Assembly: GCA_964195715.1 (NCBI GenBank)
Contig: CAXMRU010000183.1
Span: 12,509 to 76,508, forward strand
DNA length: 64,000 nt
Direction of reading: 5' to 3'
From: Akkermansiaceae bacterium
GTDB taxonomy: Bacteria; Gemmatimonadota; Gemmatimonadetes; Palauibacterales; Palauibacteraceae
This document shows positions 40,353 through 49,669 of the stretch, piece after piece (position 1 is the stretch's first letter; each line of letters starts with the position of its first letter). The translations under genes were made by a program, and so were the position numbers. Under the pieces are notes generated by a model. That model saw only the letters and a list, made by a program, of their open reading frames with translations, was not told the origin of the DNA and searched no databases.

Positions 40353-41918
40353 TCACTCCTTCGACTCGTCCGTCTCCTCTGTTGGCTCGACACCCGATTC
40401 CTGATCGGCTACCGCGGCACCGACCGGCTCGCCGTCCTCTGCGGTTGTATCGCTCACCGGCTCATCCTCGGCGTCCTCCACAGCTGTATCGCTCACTGCC
40501 TCATCGGCGGCGTCCGCCACGCCGTCCTCCGTAGATGCGGAGTCCTCAGACTCGGCGTCCTCATCCTGCGACTGCTGCGGCGCCGCGGAGGCGGCCTTGG
40601 CTGCCCCGGCGGGAGGTGCGTCCTCCAATGCCTCGTCCTCCACCGTCAGCTCATCGATTAACGCGAGAAGCAGAGCCGCGTCCTCGTCCCCGATACCGGG
40701 AACCTTGACGAAGTCCTCCCGATCCATATCCAGCACGTCGAAGAACGTGTTGATGCCTGCGGCCTGGAGAGCCGCCAGGACCGTCGGCTGGATGTCCTCG
40801 AGCTCCGACAGAGGAAAGTCGGAGACCTCATACTCATCATCGCCACCGAACAGGCTCGACTCCGCATTGCGGGACAGCCAGTCCCGACTCGAATACAGGT
40901 CGATCTGCCACCCGATCAGCTGTGCGGCCAGGCGCACATTCTGCCCGTTTCTCCCGATCGCCAGAGACAACTGCTCCTCATCGACGATGGCCGTCATGAC
41001 GTGGCGCTCGGAATCCGAAATCACCTTGGAGACCTTGGCCGGGGCCAGTGCTCTTCTCGCGAAAATTTCGGGATCCGGGTGCCACGGCACGATGTCGATA
41101 CGCTCGCCGGAGAGCTCCGACACCACGGCCTGAACGCGGGACCCCTTGAGGCCGACGCATGCGCCTACAGGGTCCACCGAGTCGTCCCGGGAAGACACCG
41201 CCACCTTCGTACGACCACCCGCCTCCCGGACGATTTCCTTGATCTCGACGATCCCCTGATAGACCTCGGGGATCTCGATCGCGAACAGTGCCTTCACGAA
41301 CAGCGGATCGGCGCGAGAGAGAATCAGGCGCGGCCCGCGTGGTGTCTCTTCAAGCTTGGAGAGGACCGCCCGGATCGTCTCTCCCTGCCGGAAGCGCTCC
41401 CTGGGGTTTTGCTCTCGCCATGGGATCACGGCTTCCGCTTCACGAACACGATTCAGCATGACCACGATCTTGCCTCGCTCGATCGCCTGCACTTCGCCGG
41501 ACACGAGGTCCCCGACCATGCCGCTGAACTCCTCGCGAATGCGGTCCCGCTCTCCCTCGCGAACGCGCTGAATGATCCTCTGCTTGGCTGCCATGACTGC
41601 GTTGCGGCCGAATTCGGAGAACTCCACCGGAATCTCCAGCAGATCTCCCACCTGGAATTCCGAATCATCCCAGCGGGCCTCCTCGACGGAGATCTCGCGC
41701 GCCGGATCTTCGACCTTCTCCACGACCTCCTTCAGGACGACGATCTTGATATCCCCCTCGGGGAGAATCTCGATCTCCGCCTCCACGGGCCCTCCGAATC
41801 GACGCGCCAGGGCGGCATGAATGCCGTCCCTGATCAGGTCATGCAACTCTGCATCTGACAGCGACTTATTAGCTGCCATCACACGAAAGGCTTCAACGAC
41901 CGGAATCTGATCGCTCAT
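40353..41918 (-). CDS. nusA: Transcription termination/antitermination factor NusA (with long acidic C-terminal tail)
   Basis: Starts MSDQIPVVEAF. NusA N-domain, an S1 domain and two KH domains (GACVGLKGSRVQAV; AIGRNGQNVRLAAQL). About 90-aa D/E/A-rich repetitive tail. Confidence 0.9.
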   Translation of the reverse strand: MSDQIPVVEAFRVMAANKSLSDAELHDLIRDGIHAALARRFGGPVEAEIEILPEGDIKIVVLKEVVEKVEDPAREISVEEARWDDSEFQVGDLLEIPVEFSEFGRNAVMAAKQRIIQRVREGERDRIREEFSGMVGDLVSGEVQAIERGKIVVMLNRVREAEAVIPWREQNPRERFRQGETIRAVLSKLEETPRGPRLILSRADPLFVKALFAIEIPEVYQGIVEIKEIVREAGGRTKVAVSSRDDSVDPVGACVGLKGSRVQAVVSELSGERIDIVPWHPDPEIFARRALAPAKVSKVISDSERHVMTAIVDEEQLSLAIGRNGQNVRLAAQLIGWQIDLYSSRDWLSRNAESSLFGGDDEYEVSDFPLSELEDIQPTVLAALQAAGINTFFDVLDMDREDFVKVPGIGDEDAALLLALIDELTVEDEALEDAPPAGAAKAASAAPQQSQDEDAESEDSASTEDGVADAADEAVSDTAVEDAEDEPVSDTTAEDGEPVGAAVADQESGVEPTEETDESKE

Positions 41919-41943
41919 GTGCGGTCTCAATCCTCCTGCGCCC

Positions 41944-42438
41944 TCAGGACTCATCCCCGAACTCGAAAACCAGCGTCGCCTTCGCGACCTCCGACAGAGC
42001 CACCTTAAGTCGCTCGCCGGCCACATCCAGCACCACCTCTTCAGCCCCAGGCTGCACTGCCTCCAGTCCTATGAGCCGCCCTACCACTTGCCGGCTCCCA
42101 CCGGCGATGGCTCCGAATCCTCTGATCCGGACCTTCTCTCCCGCGAACCGCGCATAGTCTCGCGGTTTCGTCAGCGGCCGCTCGACGCCCGGCGACGACA
42201 CCTCCAGGCCCCAGTCCTGTTCGCCCGAACCCCTCTGCTCGAGGAACTCGCGCACCGCACGACTGATCGCCTGGCAGTCGTCGACCGTCACGCTGGATCG
42301 ACCGGGCCGACTGTCCGGTCGATCCACCCTCAGACGAAGCAGGGGGCGTCGTCGCCCCCCACCGCGCTCCACCGTGACCAGCTCAAAGCCGATGCCGGCC
42401 AGGAGCTCGTCCAAGCCTTGCTCAAGGCTCTGCTCCAT
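41944..42438 (-). CDS. rimP: Ribosome maturation factor RimP
   Basis: 164 aa with RimP family similarity (LEVSSPGVERPL). First gene of the nusA-infB operon. Confidence 0.85.
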   Translation of the reverse strand: MEQSLEQGLDELLAGIGFELVTVERGGGRRRPLLRLRVDRPDSRPGRSSVTVDDCQAISRAVREFLEQRGSGEQDWGLEVSSPGVERPLTKPRDYARFAGEKVRIRGFGAIAGGSRQVVGRLIGLEAVQPGAEEVVLDVAGERLKVALSEVAKATLVFEFGDES

Positions 42439-42484
42439 ATGGACAAGCCACCTTCCACCTGCACACGGGTTCGCGAGCGACCCG

Positions 42485-42520
42485 CAACAAAAAAGTGGGG
42501 CCGATAAGGGTTCCCCACTT
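42485..42520 (-). terminator. Rho-independent terminator between pgeF and rimP
   Basis: On the minus strand: perfect 8-bp stem AAGTGGGG / CCCCACTT with a 12-nt loop, followed by TTTTTTGTTG. Confidence 0.5.
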
Positions 42521-42597
42521 CAAGAATCTAACTGAGTCGCCCGGTCGGCCAGCGCCGGACGACTATCTACGGCCGCAAACATAGCAACGCGACGCCG

Positions 42598-43344
42598 TTA
42601 TCGCAAATCCCGGGAACCGTCCGCGGGCACAGGTGCCGACCCGGAGTCGCCGACTCGCCCGATGAATGCAGCCATGCGGCCCGCCCTCCCTCCCTGGCCC
42701 CGGTGCGAGTGCAATCGTACAGGCCCGCATCGGGTACACCAGGCGGAGCGTGACACGCTCGCGGCAGGCACGCCAGCGTGCGTGGCTCGGCTCGCTAACT
42801 CGGCCCGCAGGTCGAGAGTGCTCCGGTCTCCTCCATCGTATCCGAAGACGCCGAGAACAGCCGCACCGACCTCGTAACAGTCCCCGCAGATCGACGGGCC
42901 CAGGTGTACGAGCAGGTCGCCGGCCCCAACGCCGTACGCGGTGACGGTTCTCTCGATTGCGCGTTCGAGAATCCCCGCTGCCGCTCCGCGCCAGCCGGCG
43001 TGGAGGATGGCGATCCCATCCCCCCCGCGTCGTGCGACATACACCGGCACACAATCTGCCGTGGTAACGACCAGGAGAATGCCAGGCGCTACCGTCAGGA
43101 GACCGTCGGCCTCCCCACCAACGCGCACGCCCCCTGCCGACGACAGCCCCACCTCCAAGATCCGACTTCCGTGCACTTGTCTCGCCACCGCGATCGACTC
43201 CATGCCGAGCAAGCGAGCCAGTGCCACGTAGCGTCGGGTTACGTTTCCCGTCGTACCCCCTGTCACGAGCCCTAAGTCGAAGTTCGACTCAGCCCCGTCC
43301 CCATCGGCAACGCCCGTGATCCCCGCGACGATCCCCGAACCCAA
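42598..43344 (-). CDS. pgeF: Peptidoglycan editing factor PgeF (YfiH/DUF152 laccase-domain protein)
   Basis: 248 aa with signature ILHAGWRG and Cys/His residues of the DUF152 family. Confidence 0.8.
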   Translation of the reverse strand: MGSGIVAGITGVADGDGAESNFDLGLVTGGTTGNVTRRYVALARLLGMESIAVARQVHGSRILEVGLSSAGGVRVGGEADGLLTVAPGILLVVTTADCVPVYVARRGGDGIAILHAGWRGAAAGILERAIERTVTAYGVGAGDLLVHLGPSICGDCYEVGAAVLGVFGYDGGDRSTLDLRAELASRATHAGVPAASVSRSAWCTRCGPVRLHSHRGQGGRAGRMAAFIGRVGDSGSAPVPADGSRDLR

Positions 43345-43406
43345 GCGTTCCCATTCGTTGAACCGATGAACCGGGAATCCATCCGGCGACGAGCCGCGCC
43401 TGCCGT

Positions 43407-44690
43407 TCAGCGGTCCTCCTCCACCCGATCGATCCTGCCACCGAGTGCACGCAGTCGCTCGTCGATACGCTCGTAGCCTCGTTCGATCTGCCCGATGTTG
43501 TAAATTCGGCTGACTCCGTCCGCTGCGAGCGCCGCGATCAAGAGCGCCATCCCGGCCCTGATATCGGGGCTTTCAACGGTGGTTCCACGCAGCCTCGAGG
43601 GCCCCACGACAACGGCCCTGTGCGGATCGCACAGGACGATCCTCCCGCCCATGGCGATCACCTTGTCGGCAAAGTACATCCGGGACTCGAACATCTTCTC
43701 GTGGATCAGGATCGTCCCCCGACACCGGGTTGCCACCACCAAAGCGATCGACATCAGGTCGGCCGGAAACGCCGGCCAGGGACCATCGCCGAGCGATGGA
43801 ACCTGGTCGCCTATGTCCGGCTGTACCTCCAACGACTGGTCCGATGGGACGTGCAGATGGCCGTCCCTGAGGTCGCAGTGTATTCCAAGGCGCTCGAAGC
43901 CGATCCGCAGGGGATCCATGTGGGCAGAGTCAACGTCCTCGATCACGACTTCCGAACCGGTGATCGCAGCCAGGCCGACGATGCTTCCGATCTCGATGTG
44001 GTCCGCTCCGATCCTGTGCCGGGTTCCCCCCAGCCGCTCGACCCCATGGATGGTCAGGTCATGTGTCCCGACGCCATGGATCACGGCACCCATCGAGACC
44101 AGGAACGCGCACAGATCCTGCACGTGAGGCTCCGCCGCCGCGTTCCTGAGCCGGGTCGTACCCTCCGCCGTCACGGCGGCGAGGATGGCGTTCTCAGTAC
44201 CCGTGACGGACGGCTCGTCCAGGAAGATGTCGGCGCCCCGAAGACGGCGGGCCCTCAGCTCGTACCGGTCCCCGACCTCCACCTCGGCACCCAGCTTCCC
44301 GAGCGCCAGGAAGTGAGTGTCGAGTCTGCGGCGCCCGATCACATCCCCACCCGGGGGAGGCAGGACCAGCGAGCCGAACCGTGCGAGCAGCGGACCGGCG
44401 AGGAGAATCGACGCCCGGATGCGCCGTGACAAGTCGGGATCCAGATCCCCACCGTGCACACCTCGCGGGTCCACAACCACACGTCCGCCCCCCTGCCAGT
44501 CGACGGCAGCTCCCAGGCTCGTCAAGAGGTCGATCATCGTATGAACGTCCCTGATGTCAGGCACGTTCTCCAGAGTGACCAGCTCGTCCGCGAGGAGGGA
44601 TCCGGCCAGAATCGGCAACGCCGCATTCTTGTTCCCGGCGGGCTTGAACCGGCCGCTGAGCTTGGCCGGCCCCTCGATCCGATAGTGCAT
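43407..44690 (-). CDS. murA: UDP-N-acetylglucosamine 1-carboxyvinyltransferase
   Basis: 427-aa EPT-fold enzyme with full-length MurA similarity (KLSGRFKPAGNKNAALPILA). Confidence 0.95.
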   Translation of the reverse strand: MHYRIEGPAKLSGRFKPAGNKNAALPILAGSLLADELVTLENVPDIRDVHTMIDLLTSLGAAVDWQGGGRVVVDPRGVHGGDLDPDLSRRIRASILLAGPLLARFGSLVLPPPGGDVIGRRRLDTHFLALGKLGAEVEVGDRYELRARRLRGADIFLDEPSVTGTENAILAAVTAEGTTRLRNAAAEPHVQDLCAFLVSMGAVIHGVGTHDLTIHGVERLGGTRHRIGADHIEIGSIVGLAAITGSEVVIEDVDSAHMDPLRIGFERLGIHCDLRDGHLHVPSDQSLEVQPDIGDQVPSLGDGPWPAFPADLMSIALVVATRCRGTILIHEKMFESRMYFADKVIAMGGRIVLCDPHRAVVVGPSRLRGTTVESPDIRAGMALLIAALAADGVSRIYNIGQIERGYERIDERLRALGGRIDRVEEDR

Positions 44691-44788
44691 TCGTCGCTCC
44701 TGCTATCCTTACCACATCAGGGCCCGATCGGCCTCGGCGCGCCAAGTTAGACCTCCGCCGTGCACCGCGGCAACGCAGGCTCGGGCCT

Positions 44789-44819
44789 TCTTGACAGGTT
44801 TTTGGACGGGCCTCTATGC
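44789..44819 (+). promoter_or_regulatory. Putative sigma70-like promoter upstream of ptsN
   Basis: TTGACA (44789-44794) and TATGCT (44814-44819), separated by a rather long 19-nt spacer, about 65 nt upstream of the ptsN start. Confidence 0.25.
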
Positions 44820-44882
44820 TTTAGATGATCAGCTGGTGTGCCGGACCCGGCGACACAGCACATTCCGTGGGGAGCCGAGCAG

Positions 44883-45347
44883 ATGACGCTCACCGAATAC
44901 CTATCGGATGACCGGGTCGTAACGGACGTTCGCAACGACGATGTCCGGGGCATCCTGCAGCAACTCATCGACCCTCTCATCCGAAGTGGATCGCTCGACA
45001 ATCCCCAGGTCGTGATCGCAGCGCTTCTGGCCAGGGAGAAGGTCCTCAGCACTGGGATCGGCCACGGCATCGCGGTTCCACACGCGATCAGTGCGGCGAT
45101 CCCCGAACCGCAGGTCCTCCTGGGGATCAGCCCGGACGGTGCCGACTACGGATCGATGGACGGTGAGCCGGTACGCGTGTTCTTCGTTCTCCTTTCGCCT
45201 CCTGATCGGGCGAGTCACCATACTCGGTTGCTGGCGCGGATCGCCCGGCTGTGCAGAGATTCCGCCTTCGTGGACGGGCTGGTCGCGTGCACGGAAGCGG
45301 GCGCAGCGGTGGAATACATCAACGAATATGAGAGAACCCACGCCTGA
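44883..45347 (+). CDS. ptsN: PTS EIIA-Ntr-like nitrogen regulatory protein (PTS IIA type-2 domain)
   Basis: Likely start MTLTEYL. PTS_EIIA_2 domain with the phospho-acceptor region GIGHGIAVPHA. Confidence 0.7.
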   Translation: MTLTEYLSDDRVVTDVRNDDVRGILQQLIDPLIRSGSLDNPQVVIAALLAREKVLSTGIGHGIAVPHAISAAIPEPQVLLGISPDGADYGSMDGEPVRVFFVLLSPPDRASHHTRLLARIARLCRDSAFVDGLVACTEAGAAVEYINEYERTHA

Positions 45348-45359
45348 GATGCCAAGCGC

Positions 45360-45713
45360 ATGGAAATGTTGATCGCTGTGATTGACGAACCGGACCACAC
45401 CGAGGAAATCCTCGCGGGTTTCCTGGAGCTCGGGATAACGGGCGCCACTCTGATTGGATCCGAGGGCATGGGCCGAGTGCTCAGCCAGGACGGCCCCGTA
45501 TTCGCGGGCCTTCAGAGCCTGATCTCCCACTCCAGGCCACGGAACCAGACGCTGTTCAGCGTGATCGAGGATCCTGCCAAAGTCGACCAGGCCATCGAGC
45601 TGATCGAGAGCGTGTGTGGCCGCTTCACCTCCCCATCAACCGGAATCGTCTTTACCGTGCCCGTGAACCGCGTGGTGGGCCTCGCGACGCGATGGGGGGG
45701 GGCTGGAGACTGA
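45360..45713 (+). CDS. PII-like (GlnB-superfamily) small signalling protein, hypothetical
   Basis: 117 aa. MLIAVIDEPDHTEEILAGFLELGITGATLIGSEGMGR parallels the GlnB/GlnK beta-alpha-beta core and T-loop region. Begins 12 nt after ptsN. Confidence 0.5.
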   Translation: MEMLIAVIDEPDHTEEILAGFLELGITGATLIGSEGMGRVLSQDGPVFAGLQSLISHSRPRNQTLFSVIEDPAKVDQAIELIESVCGRFTSPSTGIVFTVPVNRVVGLATRWGGAGD

Positions 45714-45835
45714 TCGATCCCTGACGAGACCGGCATGGCCCGCATCCTGCGGCTACTCCGTTCGGACAAGTTGTCCGGAAAGGAGTTTAGACCCATCTTT
45801 CTCGGAGTGTCTCCCTCATGGAAACGGGAGGATAG

Positions 45836-46288
45836 TTGAGCTTCTACGAGATTCTGGTCTTCATATCGTTGATCCTGTGGATCGCGCTGAGCCTCGTCGC
45901 GATCGTGAGCATGCTCGTCCTGCTGCCGCGAAGTCTGGCCGCATTGCGTCAGTTCCAGGAATCGCACGAGGAGTTCCTGAAGAAAGCGTTCCCTATTCTG
46001 GATCAGTCGAGACAGCTGCTCGATCAGGTGGGAACCGTGGCAACCTCTCTGGCCGATGACGTGGAGCGGATCGACCGCACTGTCATTCGCGCTACGAGCT
46101 CGGTGGAGGGAATGGTAGAACTGGCCGAAGAGCGCGTATCCGAGATCAACGCACTGCTCGAGGTGGCCGTCGAGGAAGCGGAGGAAACGTTCTTCTCGAC
46201 CGCCGCCATCATGCGAGCCCTGCGTCTCGGCGCGCGGTCCAGGAAGCGCCGCAAACTATCCCGAGGGGAGCGCAGGCGTACGGGTTGA
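45836..46288 (+). CDS. Hypothetical membrane protein (N-terminal TM helix, C-terminal helical region and basic tail)
   Basis: TTG start preceded by GGGAGGA. Hydrophobic N-terminus ILVFISLILWIALSLVAIVSMLVLL. Overlaps the next gene by 4 nt. Confidence 0.45.
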   Translation: MSFYEILVFISLILWIALSLVAIVSMLVLLPRSLAALRQFQESHEEFLKKAFPILDQSRQLLDQVGTVATSLADDVERIDRTVIRATSSVEGMVELAEERVSEINALLEVAVEEAEETFFSTAAIMRALRLGARSRKRRKLSRGERRRTG

Positions 46289-47283
46289 GCGGTCGAGCAC
46301 TTATCGGAAGCGTCGTTCTAGCCGGAGCGCTGCTGCTCCTCGTCCCTGACTCCGCCTTCGCGTGGGGGCCAGCCACGCACACCCAGATCGGACTCGAGGT
46401 ACTGCAATCCCTCAATCTCTTCCCTCCCTCGATCGCGGCGGTGCTGGCCCGGCATCCGATCGAGTTTCTATATGGCAGCCTGGCCGCGGACATCTCGATG
46501 GCGAAGAAGTACGCACCGGTCGGACGTCATTGCCATCACTGGCACGTCGCGCGGGAGATCTACCGGACGGCCGGGGATGACGGCCCGCTCAAATCGGCCA
46601 TGACCGGCTACCTGTGCCACCTGGCCGCGGACGTGCTGGCTCACAACACGTTCGTTCCCCGGATGCTGACGTTAACTTCCTCGACACGTGCGCTCGGGCA
46701 TTCCTATTGGGAACATCGCATGGACGTGGATGTCGGTGCCGAGTACGCCCAGCTCGCCCGCTGGATCGTCACACGCTTCGATCACTCCCGCACGGACGAG
46801 CTCTTCCACAGGGTGCTTTCGAGCACTCTCTTCAGCTTCTCGACCAATCGACGGATATTCCGAGGGATGATCCGTATCTCCGGAAATGAGAGTTGGCATT
46901 CGATTTTCGATACAGTCATCGACAACTCGCGCTGGGACCTGGATCCCACACAGGTCGTGCACTATCAGCGCTACGGCTTCGAGATGGTGGCCGATTTTCT
47001 GCTCCGCGACGAGTTGTCGCGTGCCTCAGCGGAAGACCCTATCGGCGACGCGAGCCTTGCGGAAGCAAAGAAGATCAGGCGGAGGGCTCTCCTGGCCGGA
47101 GGGTGGCAAAGCCGCGACGCGATCCGGTCCACGGCCGATCACCACTTCCCCCTGCCGACAGGGGTCACCCGGCTGTGGGAGGAACGGGGCGCTACGGCTG
47201 GCACAGCGCTCGAATCGGTCGAGCGTGCGGTTCGCGACACCGGAGCCACTCCACCCTCCGAGCTGGACACGATCTTCGGCTGA
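46285..47283 (+). CDS. Zinc-dependent phospholipase C / P1-nuclease-like family protein (secreted)
   Basis: Signal peptide ending AFA, with the mature protein starting WGPATH. N-terminal Trp plus His are hallmark zinc ligands of this family. His-rich (HCHHWH...HLAADVLAHN). Confidence 0.5.
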   Translation: MSGRALIGSVVLAGALLLLVPDSAFAWGPATHTQIGLEVLQSLNLFPPSIAAVLARHPIEFLYGSLAADISMAKKYAPVGRHCHHWHVAREIYRTAGDDGPLKSAMTGYLCHLAADVLAHNTFVPRMLTLTSSTRALGHSYWEHRMDVDVGAEYAQLARWIVTRFDHSRTDELFHRVLSSTLFSFSTNRRIFRGMIRISGNESWHSIFDTVIDNSRWDLDPTQVVHYQRYGFEMVADFLLRDELSRASAEDPIGDASLAEAKKIRRRALLAGGWQSRDAIRSTADHHFPLPTGVTRLWEERGATAGTALESVERAVRDTGATPPSELDTIFG

Positions 47284-47344
47284 GGCTCACGACCGGAGCA
47301 CCTTGAGCGTTTCATTCACTGCCCCTCCTCGAAGTCGTCGTGGA

Positions 47345-49669
47345 TCAGCAGGGTCGCAGACCGGCGTGTGCGACCATCACTTTCCTGCGCACGCCGTCGT
47401 CGAACTCGATCTCGGCCCGCGTCAGCCTCCCCTCCCCCGAGACGGACAGGATCAGGCCATCGCCGAACCGCGGGTGCACCACCTTCGCACCGACCTCCAG
47501 TCTCAGATCCTCCTGGGAATCCGAGTAGTCGTACCGTAGAGTGCCCTTCCCTTCGGCCGGGGCCTGGCGCTTGGCGCCGCGATGCCAGTCGAACGACGTG
47601 GCGCCCGTCTCCGACCAACCCGCTCCACTGGATACCCCACGACTCGGACTTCCAAATCCCCCCTCCACGGCCGGGGTTTTTCTCGAGGTGCCGTGTCTTC
47701 GGCCTCGGACGGTGACGCCCCACCGGCGAGTCCCTCCTCCCGGCGCGCGGTAGTCGACGGGACCCTCGGGCAGCTCGGCCAGGAACGACGATGGTGCCGA
47801 GCGCATTTCGCTGCCGTAGCGCCAGCGCCGATCGGCGTGCGAAATAAACAGCCTGTCTGCTGCCCGCGTCACGCCGACGTAGAACAGCCGCCGCTCCTCC
47901 TCCAGCTCCGCACGACTCTCCATGGCACGGGCGAGTGGAAACAGCCCGTCCTCCAGCCCGACGAGAAACACTATGGGAAACTCGAGCCCCTTGGCGTTGT
48001 GCATGGTCATGAGAGTTACGCCGGGCTCGCCCTCGTCGTAATCGTCGATATCGGCGTGCAGCGCCGACGATTGCAGGTACAGATCGAGCTCGCTGGACTC
48101 CCCGGTGGCATCGTCGACTTCCGCCGGATCGAACGTGGCCGCGGCCGCCAGCAGTTCCGTGACGTTCGCGATTCGATCCGCCCCATCCTCCTCCGTCTCC
48201 AGTGCCGCGACCATTCCGAAACTCCGGATGCACTCCTGGATCACTTCCTCGGTCGTACCCTCACGAGAGAGCTCCGACAACGCGCTCACTCCAGCAGCGA
48301 AATCCTCCAGTGCCCTGCCGCCCGCGGGCGGCACGCCGGGGAGTCCTGTCCCGAGTTCCGCAGCCGCGAGCAGGCTGATCGACCGGTCGGCCGCAGCCGC
48401 ACGGAGCCGGTCCAGCGTCACGCCGCCCACGCCACGCCGGGGCCAGGACACGGCGCGAGCAAACGCGGCTTCGTCCGCGGGATTCACGGCCAACTGCAAA
48501 TAGGACAGAACGTCCTTGATCTCCCGCCGCTCGTAGAACCGGACGCCACCTACGATTCGATACGGTATGCGTGCACGCCGCAATGCGTCCTCGAACGGCC
48601 TCGACTGAGCGTTGGTCCGGTACAGAACGACGTGATCCTCCGGCCCCGTGCCTGGTCCCGCCCCCTCTATCTCTCCGACCACCCACATCGCCTCGGCGCG
48701 CTCGTCCGCCAGGCGAATGACTTGAACCGGATCTCCAGCCGGACGCGCGGTCCGCAGGGTCTTCTCCTTCCGGTCCCGGTTGTTCGAGATCACCGCGTTG
48801 GCAACCTCCAGGATGGAGAGACTGGACCGGTAGTTCTCCTCGAGCCGGACGACCTCGGCTCCCGGAAAATCACGCTCGAAGTCGAGGATGTTCCTGATGT
48901 CGGCGCCCCGCCACCCGTAAATCGACTGGTCGTCATCACCTACCACGCAGATGTTCCCGTGCTCCTGGGCGAGTCGCTTGACGATGCGGTACTGCGCGTG
49001 GTTCGTGTCCTGGTACTCGTCGACGAGCACGTGCCGGAAACGCGACGCATATCGATCCCCGACCTCGGGTACCCCCTCCAGGAGGCGCGCCACGTTGGCC
49101 AGAAGATCATCGAAATCATAGGCGTTCGATCGGGCGAGGATCCGCTCATATGCCGGGTAGACCCGGGCCGTAGCCTTGGCTGCGAGGTCGAACGCAGAGG
49201 CGGAGTACTCGTCCGGGGATACGAGCGCATTCTTAGCGTCCGAGATGCGCGCGCGCAGCAGGTTCGGCGACCAGCGTTGCGGGTCGACGTCCGCCTCTTC
49301 CATCGCGCGTTTGATCGACCGGAGCGAGTCGTCTTCCGAATAGATCGTGAAGTTCGCTCCACGCTCAAGATGCGAGCCTTCGCGTCGCAGCAGGCGCGCG
49401 GCGATCGAGTGGAACGTCCCGATCCACAACCCCCGCGGCTCCTCACCCATGAGCCCCGCAATGCGCTCACGCATCATCCCTGCCGCCTTGTTCGTGAACG
49501 TGACGGCCAGGATGCGCTCGGGTCGCTCGCCCACCTCGAGGACAAGGCGGGCGACCCTCGCCGTAAGAACCCTCGTCTTGCCCGAGCCGGCCCCGGCCAG
49601 GACGAGAAGGGGACCGTCGCCGTACTCTACGGCGTGCCTCTGCTCCGGGTTGAGAGCCAGACCAGTCAA
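47345..49669 (-). CDS. pcrA: ATP-dependent DNA helicase PcrA/UvrD
   Basis: Helicase motifs LNPEQRHAVE, GAGSGKT and DEYQDTN, with the UvrD C-terminal domain. Probable TTG start ~49669, overlapping the kinase stop; the track ORF extends to 49984. Confidence 0.85.
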   Translation of the reverse strand: MTGLALNPEQRHAVEYGDGPLLVLAGAGSGKTRVLTARVARLVLEVGERPERILAVTFTNKAAGMMRERIAGLMGEEPRGLWIGTFHSIAARLLRREGSHLERGANFTIYSEDDSLRSIKRAMEEADVDPQRWSPNLLRARISDAKNALVSPDEYSASAFDLAAKATARVYPAYERILARSNAYDFDDLLANVARLLEGVPEVGDRYASRFRHVLVDEYQDTNHAQYRIVKRLAQEHGNICVVGDDDQSIYGWRGADIRNILDFERDFPGAEVVRLEENYRSSLSILEVANAVISNNRDRKEKTLRTARPAGDPVQVIRLADERAEAMWVVGEIEGAGPGTGPEDHVVLYRTNAQSRPFEDALRRARIPYRIVGGVRFYERREIKDVLSYLQLAVNPADEAAFARAVSWPRRGVGGVTLDRLRAAAADRSISLLAAAELGTGLPGVPPAGGRALEDFAAGVSALSELSREGTTEEVIQECIRSFGMVAALETEEDGADRIANVTELLAAAATFDPAEVDDATGESSELDLYLQSSALHADIDDYDEGEPGVTLMTMHNAKGLEFPIVFLVGLEDGLFPLARAMESRAELEEERRLFYVGVTRAADRLFISHADRRWRYGSEMRSAPSSFLAELPEGPVDYRAPGGGTRRWGVTVRGRRHGTSRKTPAVEGGFGSPSRGVSSGAGWSETGATSFDWHRGAKRQAPAEGKGTLRYDYSDSQEDLRLEVGAKVVHPRFGDGLILSVSGEGRLTRAEIEFDDGVRRKVMVAHAGLRPC

